The notes: a model not told the origin generated them from the letters alone. A stretch of 58,425 nucleotides of DNA from an uncultured Candidatus Saccharibacteria bacterium (GCA_964434255.1 CAYSUL010000002.1:6463-64887); one strand, 5' to 3'; counted from the first letter of the stretch, positions 28,434-38,622 are shown. Program-made: numbers and translations.

Positions 28434-29470
28434 ATATTAAAGTTCTTTATAACGCCAGATGAAGCTCTGAGCTTATCCTCGAGCCGCTTGATATCGCGCT
28501 GTTCCAAGGACTCGCGGACAGCTGGGTCGTCATAGTCCTGACTTCTCCACGCAAGAGCGCGAAGCATCTCCTCTGCCCACGCATCCGCGTCTATCGGATT
28601 ACCCGCCGAATCCTTTTCAGCCCGTATATATTCCTTCCCGACCATAATGACGGAGGCAAGCGCGGGAGCGACCGCGGCATGCACCGGAGCCAGAAGCCAT
28701 TCTTGCAGTTTCTTGCGAGTAAGCGGAATGAAGAATGTCTCATTTTCGCCATCGCCCTGTCGCACCGATAATACTTCGGCTGGAATATCCGTTTCCATAG
28801 CATAGACCAGGTCGGCACCGCCGGTCCACGGGTTATGGACGAGCCCCGCTGAGTACAAAGATGAGATTTCTTCTTCTTTGAGAGCAGCTTCTTCCTCGGT
28901 CTCGCGCAAGGCTGCGGCAGTAGGATCAGTCTCCTTCCGTATCTCCAGAAAGCCGCCGAGACTGGCATGCAGTCCCCCCAGTTTGTAGTCAGCCCTTCGA
29001 CGCTTCGTCATCATCATCATGAGTTCGCCCTGCGTATTTTTCGCTACGACGACCGCAGTGACGGCGAGCGGCAGCGGCTCGTAGTCTTTTCCTTCCTTTC
29101 CTTTGCTTCGCACAAATTCCTGAAACGCTTCGGATTGCGACGCGTGTGCGTCGCGATAGCTTATGGTCGGATCGAGTGTAAGGACAAGCGTACGCTCGTC
29201 ACCTGATCCGACTTCCTCTTCATGCTTAGCCAAGCGGTAGCGGGTCGGTGTTTCGTCCTCCGGCCAGGGCGTGAGCCCCTTCTTAATGCTTGTCTGCCAT
29301 ACAGTCCCCAAAATCTCCTCCGACTCAGAGGTACGCTTCATAGTCGTTCCCGGTTCCGTAATAACGGTCTTTATGGCATCCGGACGCCATTTCCCGCTCT
29401 CAAGTACGGTGAAGAATCGTTGACTCTCGCCACGTTCAATAGTCTTTTTTGATAGGTTTTCTATGTTCAT
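28430..29470 (-). CDS. Hypothetical protein with a degenerate Nudix-like segment
   Basis: 346 aa. GGFLEIRKETDPTAAALRETEEEAAL resembles the Nudix box (REUxEE part intact, upstream spacing off by one). The N-terminal ~130 aa are unassigned. Confidence 0.4.
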   Translation of the reverse strand: MNIENLSKKTIERGESQRFFTVLESGKWRPDAIKTVITEPGTTMKRTSESEEILGTVWQTSIKKGLTPWPEDETPTRYRLAKHEEEVGSGDERTLVLTLDPTISYRDAHASQSEAFQEFVRSKGKEGKDYEPLPLAVTAVVVAKNTQGELMMMMTKRRRADYKLGGLHASLGGFLEIRKETDPTAAALRETEEEAALKEEEISSLYSAGLVHNPWTGGADLVYAMETDIPAEVLSVRQGDGENETFFIPLTRKKLQEWLLAPVHAAVAPALASVIMVGKEYIRAEKDSAGNPIDADAWAEEMLRALAWRSQDYDDPAVRESLEQRDIKRLEDKLRASSGVIKNFNI

Positions 29471-29489
29471 GCAAAAAAGAAAAAGCGTG

Positions 29490-30470
29490 TTAGTCCGGTC
29501 GAGTAGCCTTTCTATCGGCGCCGAGTGTCGATTTTAGCATCTGTTTCATCTGCTTTATGACTGCGTGGCGCAGCTCCTTAAGCGCCCTCCATCCCGAGAT
29601 ATGCCCCTCCGGCCACACCGAATACCATTCCGGCATGAGGGGAAATTCTTCCTCGAGCTTGTGATGCTGCGTGTTCGCCGCGTATACGCCGGTAAGCAGC
29701 GGCAGCTGATCCTCCGTCCCGTAGCGCCCCAGAAACGCACGCATGTCCTTGGGCAAGCAGTGGCCGCCAAAAGCACGTCCGTAGCGCAAGTAGCTCCGGT
29801 TATCGAACAAAAAACCGACAATGCGATCTATCTCCGCGAGCTGTGCCTGATCCGAGGGACGACCGATTGCGTCACCGATCTCGTTTACGAAGGCGATACG
29901 CATCGCATTCCACATGTTTGAAAGATATTTGATGAACGCCGCCTCCCGCGGCGTGCCATTAAAAGTCTTGTGCGCCCGCTCGCGTAGCACGGCAAAGAGG
30001 GCTGGTTCCGGGCGGCTATCCGTCGCTTTTCCGACAACGAAAAAATAGGGCTTGAGACTCTCCTCGACCGCCTTCTTTTCATGCAGGAACTCCGGCACGT
30101 AGTAATCAAAAGTAAGGGATGCGAGCGTTTCCGGGACAATGGTCGAGCGCAGAATGACCCCGCCCGCCGCCTTTTCAAGCGAGACGAGCGCCTTCTCTAT
30201 GAGCGAAATATCCTGTGCGCCGTCTTCGGAAACTCGGTCACCGACGCAGACAACATACCAGGTATTCGGCGCATCCCATTCCGTAACGGTCGAGAGACGT
30301 TCTAGACGATCGTATACGGCCGCATACTCCGTATAGTGCCGTTCCGGGGTGGCCGGGTCGAAGTAGGCAACGTCACGCCCAAGCAATTTCAGGCTGATTG
30401 CATTTGCCTGCCCCACCCACCCGAAGCCGACGATGACGAACCGTTCACCTTTCCCTGTAGAACTTTTCAT
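29490..30470 (-). CDS. Short UDP-glucose/GDP-mannose 6-dehydrogenase-family protein lacking a recognisable C-terminal nucleotide-sugar domain
   Basis: 326 aa. It has the Rossmann motif VGFGWVG, the central FIKYLSNMWNAMRIAFVNE, and the catalytic Cys motif FGGHCLPKD at about aa 238. Only about 90 divergent residues follow. Confidence 0.65.
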   Translation of the reverse strand: MKSSTGKGERFVIVGFGWVGQANAISLKLLGRDVAYFDPATPERHYTEYAAVYDRLERLSTVTEWDAPNTWYVVCVGDRVSEDGAQDISLIEKALVSLEKAAGGVILRSTIVPETLASLTFDYYVPEFLHEKKAVEESLKPYFFVVGKATDSRPEPALFAVLRERAHKTFNGTPREAAFIKYLSNMWNAMRIAFVNEIGDAIGRPSDQAQLAEIDRIVGFLFDNRSYLRYGRAFGGHCLPKDMRAFLGRYGTEDQLPLLTGVYAANTQHHKLEEEFPLMPEWYSVWPEGHISGWRALKELRHAVIKQMKQMLKSTLGADRKATRPD

Positions 30471-30493
30471 GGTTTTGGTATGCGAACTATAAC

Positions 30494-32215
30494 TTAGAAC
30501 GAATATAAAAAGAAACGCGGGGTCGTAGCTGCGAGTATGAGTCCCGGAAGCTCCTCACGGACGGCGGGCGGGAGGGGGTGCGACGTAATCAGATAATCCA
30601 TACGGTACCTCCGTAGCTCATCGACCAGGTTCTTTTGCGCGAACGGCGCATACGCTTCCTCCACGACAGCAAAGCGCGCAAGCAGCCACGAGTCCACACC
30701 AGATGCGAAAAGCTGATGCCAGTCTTGGAAGAAATACTGACGAACTTCGACGGGATGCGCGAGGAGATATGCAGGGAGGTCCGCAGAATCAATCCCTTGC
30801 AGACGCAGATAGAGAAGATAATTATGCAGAATGCGCTCTTCGGGAATTCCATAGAATACGAAAATGCTGCTGTACACCCTACAAGGAGTATATGCAGGAA
30901 TAAGTCGTTCCAAAGCACTGTCCGGCGTGAGCACATAGGCAACGCAGTTATCCGATTCATCTTTCAGGAGCGAGAAGACTGCCGCGGTATCTTGGAGCGC
31001 ACGGAACTCGTCGAGCCGGGACACGTAGCTGGTCATCGAATACATGCCGGAGGAGAGGGCCACGGCCGAGGCAAGAAACATCGCACTGCGCCAGAACCGT
31101 GGCGCGTGCGCCCGGAGCGTCACGTAGCCCGCCACGAGAAGCGAAACGAAGCAGAGCGGAATGACATATTGCACGAAGTGCGGATGCCAGATTTCCCTCC
31201 CGGTGAATACCTGCTGATTGAACACAAGCCACGACCCCCCGAGGAAAGCGCCAAGATAGCTCCACACATGAGCGTGCACGGTCTCCTTTTTCACCCATCG
31301 ACTAAAATAGTACGCACCGAACACGATGATACTCGTCGCTAACAGAAAATAATTTATAACTGGTTCATGCGTGTAAAACATGCCGTTACGCATAGTGAGG
31401 GCTCGCCCCTCCTCTCCTCCGACCGCGGTAAGGGTGTGGTACCAGTACCCGGCGTTCAGGATGAACGCGATGGCAATTGCATAGAAAAGCTCGCGCGCCA
31501 CCGCGTATTCTCGACGAAAGCACCTGATGACCAGAAGCATCCCGGTAACGGCGAGCGAAATGCCGTAACTGAAGAAGTAGCCGACGGAGAGTGCGATGAG
31601 TGCTCCGAGCGGCACATAGGCAAACCGAAACCGTCGTTCACTGATTACCGTAAGCAGGATGACCACCCCGAAGATTTCAAGAGCGCCGATGACCGGATTA
31701 ACGAGACGCGTCCAGACGAGCGGCGAAGGGAATGCCGTTCCTCCAAGGACAGCGAGCACGTGGCGCACGTCCACGAGATCGTATCCAAGCGTGACCGTAA
31801 GACCGGCAGTTATAGACAGTAGCTCCGCATCGTGCGGGGACGCGGTTCGCACGATTCGTCTCGTACCGACATACACAAGCAAGAATAAAGCGGCGGGTAG
31901 CACGAATTTACTTGCCAGAAGCGTGCCAGAAAGACCAAGCAGCATGGCGGGGATCGCATACAGCCACGGATTGATAGGCGCTATCGGCGCCTGTTCCTGT
32001 TTGTATTCAAGAAGGTAGGGCGACGCGATGGATTCCCCGTCTACGAGTTGTTTAATCTGGACGCGATAGATATCATCGTCATCCATAAACTGTGCGGGCA
32101 CTCCCTGGTAGTCGGGACCGAGCGCCAGGGGTGCGACAAACGAAGGCGCGATCGCAATACTTCCGACCACGAGAGCAAAGAAGAGCATCCGGATGGTGGT
32201 AGGAGAAAGTCGCAT
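30494..32215 (-). CDS. Polytopic membrane protein, candidate GT-C-fold glycosyltransferase
   Basis: 573 aa with many TM segments. An acidic motif FMDDDDIYR lies in the first extracytoplasmic loop after TM1, where GT-C enzymes carry their DxD/ExD motif. It shares an operon with GtrA/GtrB-like genes. Confidence 0.45.
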   Translation of the reverse strand: MRLSPTTIRMLFFALVVGSIAIAPSFVAPLALGPDYQGVPAQFMDDDDIYRVQIKQLVDGESIASPYLLEYKQEQAPIAPINPWLYAIPAMLLGLSGTLLASKFVLPAALFLLVYVGTRRIVRTASPHDAELLSITAGLTVTLGYDLVDVRHVLAVLGGTAFPSPLVWTRLVNPVIGALEIFGVVILLTVISERRFRFAYVPLGALIALSVGYFFSYGISLAVTGMLLVIRCFRREYAVARELFYAIAIAFILNAGYWYHTLTAVGGEEGRALTMRNGMFYTHEPVINYFLLATSIIVFGAYYFSRWVKKETVHAHVWSYLGAFLGGSWLVFNQQVFTGREIWHPHFVQYVIPLCFVSLLVAGYVTLRAHAPRFWRSAMFLASAVALSSGMYSMTSYVSRLDEFRALQDTAAVFSLLKDESDNCVAYVLTPDSALERLIPAYTPCRVYSSIFVFYGIPEERILHNYLLYLRLQGIDSADLPAYLLAHPVEVRQYFFQDWHQLFASGVDSWLLARFAVVEEAYAPFAQKNLVDELRRYRMDYLITSHPLPPAVREELPGLILAATTPRFFLYSF

Positions 32216-32898
32216 TACGGTTTACGGACTATGAGATACAGCACCGCGGCGACCTCTTCCGCCCCCGGCCAATGATTGAAGACTACGTCGAGTAGCTTGA
32301 TTGGAAGGAATACGAACATCGCGAGATTCGTTATGAGCGACTTGAGTGGCGCGTATCCGCATGAGAGCACCATGCCCGTGACGTGACAGAGGTACGCGTC
32401 GAGCGCCGAGAACGGGCCGGCACGCACGCCTATCTCGACCATGTCGAAATCCTTATATAACTCCTCAAGTCCCCTTTTGGTCCAGCGCTGGTAATCGGAG
32501 GGCGATGAATGGAACGGGTACATGAATGGCGTTGCGACGTAAGCGAGTCCGCCGGATTCCAAAAGGCGATACATCTCCGCGACTACCGTCTGCGGCTGCG
32601 CAACATGCTCCAACACATTATCGGAGACGATGCGCGCCACACTGCCGTCTGGGAGTGGCACGGCAGTAGCGTCTGCCACCAAATCGACTCCCGGGTACGG
32701 GTGGATATCAATGTTCGCCATACCGTCTTCGGCATATACCCGCGGACCGGACCCTAGATTCACCGTCTTCCCCGCTCGAGGGAAGCGCGCCAAGAATTTC
32801 TTAGCTGAAACACCCGAAAAAAGCATCGGGCCGAAAACCGTTGCAATAAAAAAATAAAACCCCGGCCACTTCTTAAAATATTCGCGTACGTCGCTCAT
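32215..32898 (-). CDS. Class I SAM-dependent methyltransferase
   Basis: It has VNLGSG and VSDNVLEHVAQP..EMYRLLESGGLAYV. Start at MSDVREY (ATGA overlap at 32895-32898). Confidence 0.8.
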   Translation of the reverse strand: MSDVREYFKKWPGFYFFIATVFGPMLFSGVSAKKFLARFPRAGKTVNLGSGPRVYAEDGMANIDIHPYPGVDLVADATAVPLPDGSVARIVSDNVLEHVAQPQTVVAEMYRLLESGGLAYVATPFMYPFHSSPSDYQRWTKRGLEELYKDFDMVEIGVRAGPFSALDAYLCHVTGMVLSCGYAPLKSLITNLAMFVFLPIKLLDVVFNHWPGAEEVAAVLYLIVRKP

Positions 32899-33662
32899 AT
32901 TTTTTTGGCCGTAAGAATCCATCCGGTCCCCTCAGGCGTTTTGTGCACTGCCACATCCGCGAGCGGCAATCCTTTCGTAAGCGACAGTACTTCCTCACGC
33001 GTCCAGTAGTTGGCGATATCCGGTATGAGCTGATCGAAAACAATGCTATGGATATGCCAGAAATCGAACGTGGAGAGCTGGCGCAGATATGCGCTTGGCC
33101 CCCTGAATGTCTTCACGAACACAAAGAGCGGTAAGGAGCAGAAGTATGAGAGGAAGTGCACGAGCGCCGGTGGGAGTTTTGACGTGATACCTTTACGCAC
33201 TGGATCAACGAACTTCACAATCCATTCATTACCCTCGTAGCTATATACCCACACCAGCAACCGGCCGCCCGGCTTGAGGGCCGCGACCATGTTGGCCACG
33301 GCCCGTGCAGGGTCGGCGAGATGATGGATGACCCCGATAGAGAATGCAATATCGAATGTTTCCTTCCAGTCGATATCGTAGATGCTTTTAAAAAGGACTT
33401 CCGCGTTCGGGAACGCGTTGAGCGTTTCCTTCGCACGAGCAACCGAGCGGATATCAAAATCAAATGCCGTGCCCGAAGCCGCACCGTACGTCATCGGCCA
33501 GTACGTATTGCGCCCCATACCGCACCCAGCATCGAGCACTCGCTTCCCTACCCAGTCGGCAGGAGTCAGCGGGTGTGTCCAGTTACGGAACTGACGCTCG
33601 TAATCCGGTGTCATCCAAGTATAAGTGTCCCACTCGTATCCGAAGCGATCTTGTGACGACAT
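32895..33662 (-). CDS. Class I SAM-dependent methyltransferase
   Basis: It has VLDAGCGMGRN, FSIGVIHHLADP and LKPGGRLLVWVY. Confidence 0.8.
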   Translation of the reverse strand: MSSQDRFGYEWDTYTWMTPDYERQFRNWTHPLTPADWVGKRVLDAGCGMGRNTYWPMTYGAASGTAFDFDIRSVARAKETLNAFPNAEVLFKSIYDIDWKETFDIAFSIGVIHHLADPARAVANMVAALKPGGRLLVWVYSYEGNEWIVKFVDPVRKGITSKLPPALVHFLSYFCSLPLFVFVKTFRGPSAYLRQLSTFDFWHIHSIVFDQLIPDIANYWTREEVLSLTKGLPLADVAVHKTPEGTGWILTAKKI

Positions 33663-33664
33663 AG

Positions 33665-34234
33665 TTATCCTTCCTTGCGGAATACGAAGGCGATTTCATC
33701 GAACCCGCCGACCCAGAAGCACCAGATACGGCTCGCGAAGGCAGGCGAGAGATTTGCAACCCCCGAGATGACGACGTTAACGCCGCGCAAGAAAGCGATG
33801 GATGCTGCGCCGTATCCCATAAATGGCAATAGATGGAAAAAGGCGAGCCATGAGAGCCGGAGCGATTGCAAGGTAAACGGCACCCCGTAATATCCGGACT
33901 TCGTGAAGTTCGGACTGAAATACAGCGGGAACGTCACATCAAACCCGTGCTCATGCTCCGCATGGGTGAACCCCCGGCTAAAATGCGGAACCTTTACGTG
34001 CAGGGTACCGCCTGGCGCAAGGAGACGATGAAACTCCTTCATGATAAGAAAGGGCTTCTCCAGATGCTCGAGCACGTGATATGCCTCGATGAGGTCAAAA
34101 GATCCGTCCGGAAACGGGTATGGAAGCGAATTCAAATCATGTACCACGTCCGGATGCACCAGGGGCGACCAATCGAGATTTAGGTACCCCTCCTTCTTAT
34201 CCTCGCCGCACCCAAGATTCAGCTTCCGTATCAT
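33665..34234 (-). CDS. Class I SAM-dependent methyltransferase
   Basis: It has LNLGCG, IEAYHVLEHLEKP and LLAPGGTLHVKVP. Confidence 0.8.
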   Translation of the reverse strand: MIRKLNLGCGEDKKEGYLNLDWSPLVHPDVVHDLNSLPYPFPDGSFDLIEAYHVLEHLEKPFLIMKEFHRLLAPGGTLHVKVPHFSRGFTHAEHEHGFDVTFPLYFSPNFTKSGYYGVPFTLQSLRLSWLAFFHLLPFMGYGAASIAFLRGVNVVISGVANLSPAFASRIWCFWVGGFDEIAFVFRKEG

Positions 34235-34243
34235 CGGTACATT

Positions 34244-36115
34244 CTACCCCACCCACCTATCCCGCCAAATTTGGAACACCATGAGGTTCCAGAGCTCTTT
34301 TCGATTGTCCCGCGCGCCGCTCATGTGGTCGTCGATGAGTTTTGAGACGTACTCAGGATTCAGATACCCCTGGCTACGGAGTTTGTCTTCGGCGAGCGTC
34401 TCGAGACAGAAATCTCTCAGCGGTCCGCGAAGCCAGCGAGCAAGCGGGATACCGAAGCCCTTCTTCTTGCGATGCGCAATCCCCTGCGGGAGTTTATCCT
34501 CCATGAGTTTCTTCAGCAGGTACTTCGTCGTGCCGTTCCGGTACTTGTAATGATACGGGAGCGAAAAAACGAATTCCGCCAACGCATGGTCAAGAAACGG
34601 CGCACGCGTCTCAAGACCGTAGTGCATGCTCGCTCGGTCCATCTTTACCAACACCTGGTCCATCAGATAGCTGCGTGCGTAGGCAAACAACAGTCGGTTG
34701 CCTGTGTCCGGTTGACCAAACAATGCGGTCGCGCGATCAATATCTTCGAACACGTCTGTCTCCCGCACTGCCTCCACGAGTCGCGGACCCGCAAGCAAGA
34801 ACCGCTCCGCTTTATTGAAGGTGCCCAGCCACTCCATATGGCGATGCACGGGATTCGGTTCATCGCTTGAGACCAGTTTCCGAAGAGCATACGAGGTCGA
34901 GATATTACCCACCGAAGCAGGGAGTGCGTCGACGCCGGCCCTGATACCTTTCCGTACCCAGGACGGTAGTGCACGATACGGAGACGAAATAGTGTCGGCC
35001 GAGAATGTCGGATACCCGGCAAAAAGTTCATCGCCGCCGTCGCCACCAAGAGCAACCGTAACGGACTCCCTCGCAAAACGAGATAGGAGGAGTGTCGGGA
35101 TAACGGAAGCGTCGGCAATCGGTTCAGAGAGCACGTCGGGAAGTTCCGTGACGAGCGCGAGCGCATCCTCCGCGCGCACGATGCGTTCGTGATGCACCGA
35201 TCCGATGTGTGCCGCCACGTCGCGTGCATACGCCGACTCATCGAAATCCGGCTCGTCAAAGCCAATCGAAAAAGTATGTATGGGTGCAGCACTGTTTTTT
35301 TGCGCATAGTAGGCAATGGCAGAACTATCAAGTCCCCCGCTCAGGAACACGCCGAGCGGTACATCGCCCACAAGCTCACGCGATACGGTAGCCGCCAAAA
35401 GCTCGTCGAGTCGATCGAGAGCCGCAGACTCCGAGAGTACTGACACCCGGCGAGGTGGCTCCCAGAACGCATGCGTCTCGACCGGCTTACCCTTCGTGAA
35501 GAGGGCGACCGTCCCCGGCTCGAGCTTATGTACGCCGTCCAGAAGCGCGCGCGGCGTGGGCACGTAATCCAATTGCAGATAGCATGTAAGCGCCGAAAGA
35601 GACAGATTCCGCGTTGCGAGCCCGGGCACCAAGAGCGCATTAAGTTCCGACGCGAACGTTACTACGTCGCCTTCATGCGACCAGTATAACGGCTTCTCTC
35701 CCATGCGATCTCGTGCAAGCATGAGTCGCTTTGCGGAAAAATCGTAGAGCGCGATGGCGAACATCCCGCTCAAGCGCCGCACGCATTGCTCGCCTTCCTT
35801 GGCATAGAGTGCGAGCAGTACTTCCGTATCCGAATTGGTCTTGAATACCTGTCCCTTGTCCTCTAGCTCCTGGCGAAGTTCGGCGAAGTTGTATATCTCA
35901 CCGTTGAAGACCACTGCGACCGTCCCGTCCGCGCTCACCATCGGCTGGTTCGCTTCGGCGCTCGTATCTATGACGGAAAGACGTGCGTGCGCAAGCGATA
36001 CGCCACCCGCTACCAACAGACCAGTATAATCCGGCCCGCGATGCGCAAGCGCGGCTATCATCCGACGAGCGAGAGGTTCATCTTCCTGCCCAATGATTCC
36101 CGCTATGCCACACAT
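34244..36115 (-). CDS. asnB: Asparagine synthase (glutamine-hydrolysing) family amidotransferase
   Basis: 623 aa. It has the N-terminal nucleophile MCGIAG and the PP-loop FLSGGLDSS. Confidence 0.9.
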   Translation of the reverse strand: MCGIAGIIGQEDEPLARRMIAALAHRGPDYTGLLVAGGVSLAHARLSVIDTSAEANQPMVSADGTVAVVFNGEIYNFAELRQELEDKGQVFKTNSDTEVLLALYAKEGEQCVRRLSGMFAIALYDFSAKRLMLARDRMGEKPLYWSHEGDVVTFASELNALLVPGLATRNLSLSALTCYLQLDYVPTPRALLDGVHKLEPGTVALFTKGKPVETHAFWEPPRRVSVLSESAALDRLDELLAATVSRELVGDVPLGVFLSGGLDSSAIAYYAQKNSAAPIHTFSIGFDEPDFDESAYARDVAAHIGSVHHERIVRAEDALALVTELPDVLSEPIADASVIPTLLLSRFARESVTVALGGDGGDELFAGYPTFSADTISSPYRALPSWVRKGIRAGVDALPASVGNISTSYALRKLVSSDEPNPVHRHMEWLGTFNKAERFLLAGPRLVEAVRETDVFEDIDRATALFGQPDTGNRLLFAYARSYLMDQVLVKMDRASMHYGLETRAPFLDHALAEFVFSLPYHYKYRNGTTKYLLKKLMEDKLPQGIAHRKKKGFGIPLARWLRGPLRDFCLETLAEDKLRSQGYLNPEYVSKLIDDHMSGARDNRKELWNLMVFQIWRDRWVG

Positions 36116-36117
36116 AG

Positions 36118-37101
36118 CTACTTGAAATTGTGGCGCTCCTTTATGACGTACGGGCGCTTCTGCTGGGATTCATAGTAGGTCCGCATAATCATCTCCGCCA
36201 CGAGCCCCATAAGGAAGAGCTGTACACTAACAACAACGCACATGGCAGCGAAGGTCGGGAGTGGCGTTTGTATAAGCGATATCCCTTCAAAGAAGCGGAG
36301 GTACAGCGCAAGCACGATAGACAACACGCCGAACCCCAGCACGTAAAATCCGACAAGTCCAAAAAATTGCATTGGACGGTTCATATATTTCTCGAGGAAT
36401 TTAAGCAGGAGGAGATCCGGGAGCACGCGCAGGATGCGTGAGAGCCCGTAGTTACTCGTACCGAATCTCCTCGGCGCATAGCGTACCGGAAGCTCGGCAA
36501 CGCGCGCACCCATCTGGGCCGCGTAGGCGGGAATGAATCGATGCATCTCTCCGTAGAGTGGAATACCCTGGATAATCTCACGACGATAGGCTTTCAACGT
36601 GCAGCCGTAGTCATTAAGCGGCAGACCGGCGATTCGCGAGATAAGCCAATTCGCAGCATGCGATGGAATCTTTCTTGTGAACGACTGCTTCGCCCACCGG
36701 TTGGTGCGCCACCCTGAAACGACCTGATACCCCTCTTCGAGCTTATTGATGAGCTGACCGATATCGCTGGGGTCATTTTCGAGGTCGCTGTCTATGAGTA
36801 CGACAAAGTCGCCCGTGGCCGCCTCGATACCGGCCGCAAGCGCTGCCGTCTGCCCGAAATTGTTACGGAGAAAAATAAGCTTGACGCGGTGGTCGCGGTC
36901 CGCGATTTCTTTAAGCACGCGCGCACTTCCGTCTCGAGAACCGTCATCGACGGCTATAATCTCATACTCCCGCCCGAGAGCAGTGAGCGCTTCCGTCAGG
37001 CGCTCGTGGAGAATCGGCAGATTCTGCTCTTCGTTATATACCGGAGTAATGACCGAGATGGCAACGATTGGCGCCGTTTTGGTAAGTAATTCGTGCTTCA
37101 T
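36118..37101 (-). CDS. GT2 polyprenyl-phosphate sugar synthase (GtrB/DPM1/ArnC-like)
   Basis: It has ISVITPVYNEE, IIAVDDGSRDGS, VLIDSDLENDP and two C-terminal TM helices. Confidence 0.85.
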   Translation of the reverse strand: MKHELLTKTAPIVAISVITPVYNEEQNLPILHERLTEALTALGREYEIIAVDDGSRDGSARVLKEIADRDHRVKLIFLRNNFGQTAALAAGIEAATGDFVVLIDSDLENDPSDIGQLINKLEEGYQVVSGWRTNRWAKQSFTRKIPSHAANWLISRIAGLPLNDYGCTLKAYRREIIQGIPLYGEMHRFIPAYAAQMGARVAELPVRYAPRRFGTSNYGLSRILRVLPDLLLLKFLEKYMNRPMQFFGLVGFYVLGFGVLSIVLALYLRFFEGISLIQTPLPTFAAMCVVVSVQLFLMGLVAEMIMRTYYESQQKRPYVIKERHNFK

Positions 37102-37104
37102 AGG

Positions 37105-37512
37105 TTATGGGCGGGGCGCAAATACAAGCAGTTTGTATATCACGAACCCATACACCGCAATAGTGCCACTTGAGAGAACTTGCGCAAGGAGGTAATGAAA
37201 TGCGAACACAGAAACAAAAAGGTACATGAGGAGCGCATTGACACCAATATTTACCGTTGCCAGTGCCGCATAGCTCATCAACTGCACGGGTAGCCGCCCT
37301 GAGGAGCGCTCGCGGAACGTCCAAAATTTCTGAAGGAGAAAACTCGCCAAGAGAGTAACGATAAAGGCAATCGTGCTACCGGCGAGGTACCACAGACCAA
37401 GCAGATCCACGCACACATACAACGACACGATGTTCACGGCGAGCGCTATCAGCCCGGCCGCAAGGTAACGGCTTATGCGCATGAGCGTGGGATTTCGGAT
37501 TAGAGACATCAT
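37105..37512 (-). CDS. GtrA-family small membrane protein
   Basis: 135 aa with 4 TM segments and FLLQKFWTFRE, typical of GtrA. Confidence 0.8.
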   Translation of the reverse strand: MMSLIRNPTLMRISRYLAAGLIALAVNIVSLYVCVDLLGLWYLAGSTIAFIVTLLASFLLQKFWTFRERSSGRLPVQLMSYAALATVNIGVNALLMYLFVSVFAFHYLLAQVLSSGTIAVYGFVIYKLLVFAPRP

Positions 37513-38618
37513 GATTTTTTGACCATCTCAAGCACGAGCCGCGCACGCGCCTCCCAGGTATGCTGCATAGCGATTCTTTGTGCGGTCCTCACCTTATGGT
37601 CAGATGAGGTGCGGTCGGCAATACTTGATCGAATAGCGCGCGCCAAGTCTTTCGGGTCATCCGGTCGCGCGAATACCGCACATGACTCGTCCACCACCTC
37701 TCGAAGACTCGGAAGATCGGACGCTACGACCGGCCGACCGCTTGCCAGATACTCAAAGAGTTTCATTGGCGATGTGTACAGACTCGAGAGAGGCTCACGC
37801 GCCGTGTTCGGGAGCACCAGTACGTCCGCGGACCGCAAGTAGTGCGGGATTTCCGCGTGCGGCTGAGTGGGAATGACCCGTATCGTCTTGTGCATTTTAT
37901 ATCGTTCCGTAAATCGTTGTCTGTCTCTGTCGGTACCACCGACAAATACCACCAACGCTTCGGGCAAAAGTCTCGCCGCTTCGGCCAGCGTATCCACACC
38001 CTTCCACGCATAGAGATGACCGGCGTACATGACGATAGTGGCATCTTGCGGAAGTCCGGTGCGTGCGCGCGCCTCCTCCTTCGTTTCGGCAAGAGCGAAC
38101 TGTTCGTACGCGACGGCATCGGGAGCGACCAGTAGCTTCCCTTCCGAAACCCCGTGAGCGACAAAAAACTTCTTGAGCGCGTGTGTAATAACGACCACGC
38201 GCTCCACCTGATGCACGGCCTGATGCACAACTACATTCCACCTGCCTTCGTGCGCCTCGTATACGCGGGGCGCACGGATGCCGCAAGCAAGAAGCGCAAA
38301 CTCATCCCTTCCATAGATGACATTCGCTTCTGTATTTTTTCCGTAGCGCCATACTGAATAGGCAAAGCTCAGTCGATGCAGCAAGAAGCCGAGGTATCCC
38401 AACCCGACCGTCTGAAGCGCCGGCAGTACGCGGATGGCGAATATGCGTTTGATGCCGTAGTAATCAAACGGGTCCTCCGAGAGCGCATCGTTCCGTCTCG
38501 GGACCACCAACTCCACCGTATGCCCAAGGCGCGCGAAGGCCTCGCACATCTTCATGATTTGAAGACCGTGCGCTTTTTCGGTCGGAATGCGTGCGCTTGC
38601 CAGATAGAGGATTTTCAT
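37509..38618 (-). CDS. GT4-family glycosyltransferase
   Basis: It has MKILYLASARIPTEKAHGLQ and a C-terminal ADVLVLP..E..S..K..EY motif. Confidence 0.85.
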   Translation of the reverse strand: MKILYLASARIPTEKAHGLQIMKMCEAFARLGHTVELVVPRRNDALSEDPFDYYGIKRIFAIRVLPALQTVGLGYLGFLLHRLSFAYSVWRYGKNTEANVIYGRDEFALLACGIRAPRVYEAHEGRWNVVVHQAVHQVERVVVITHALKKFFVAHGVSEGKLLVAPDAVAYEQFALAETKEEARARTGLPQDATIVMYAGHLYAWKGVDTLAEAARLLPEALVVFVGGTDRDRQRFTERYKMHKTIRVIPTQPHAEIPHYLRSADVLVLPNTAREPLSSLYTSPMKLFEYLASGRPVVASDLPSLREVVDESCAVFARPDDPKDLARAIRSSIADRTSSDHKVRTAQRIAMQHTWEARARLVLEMVKKS

Positions 38619-38622
38619 ACGC

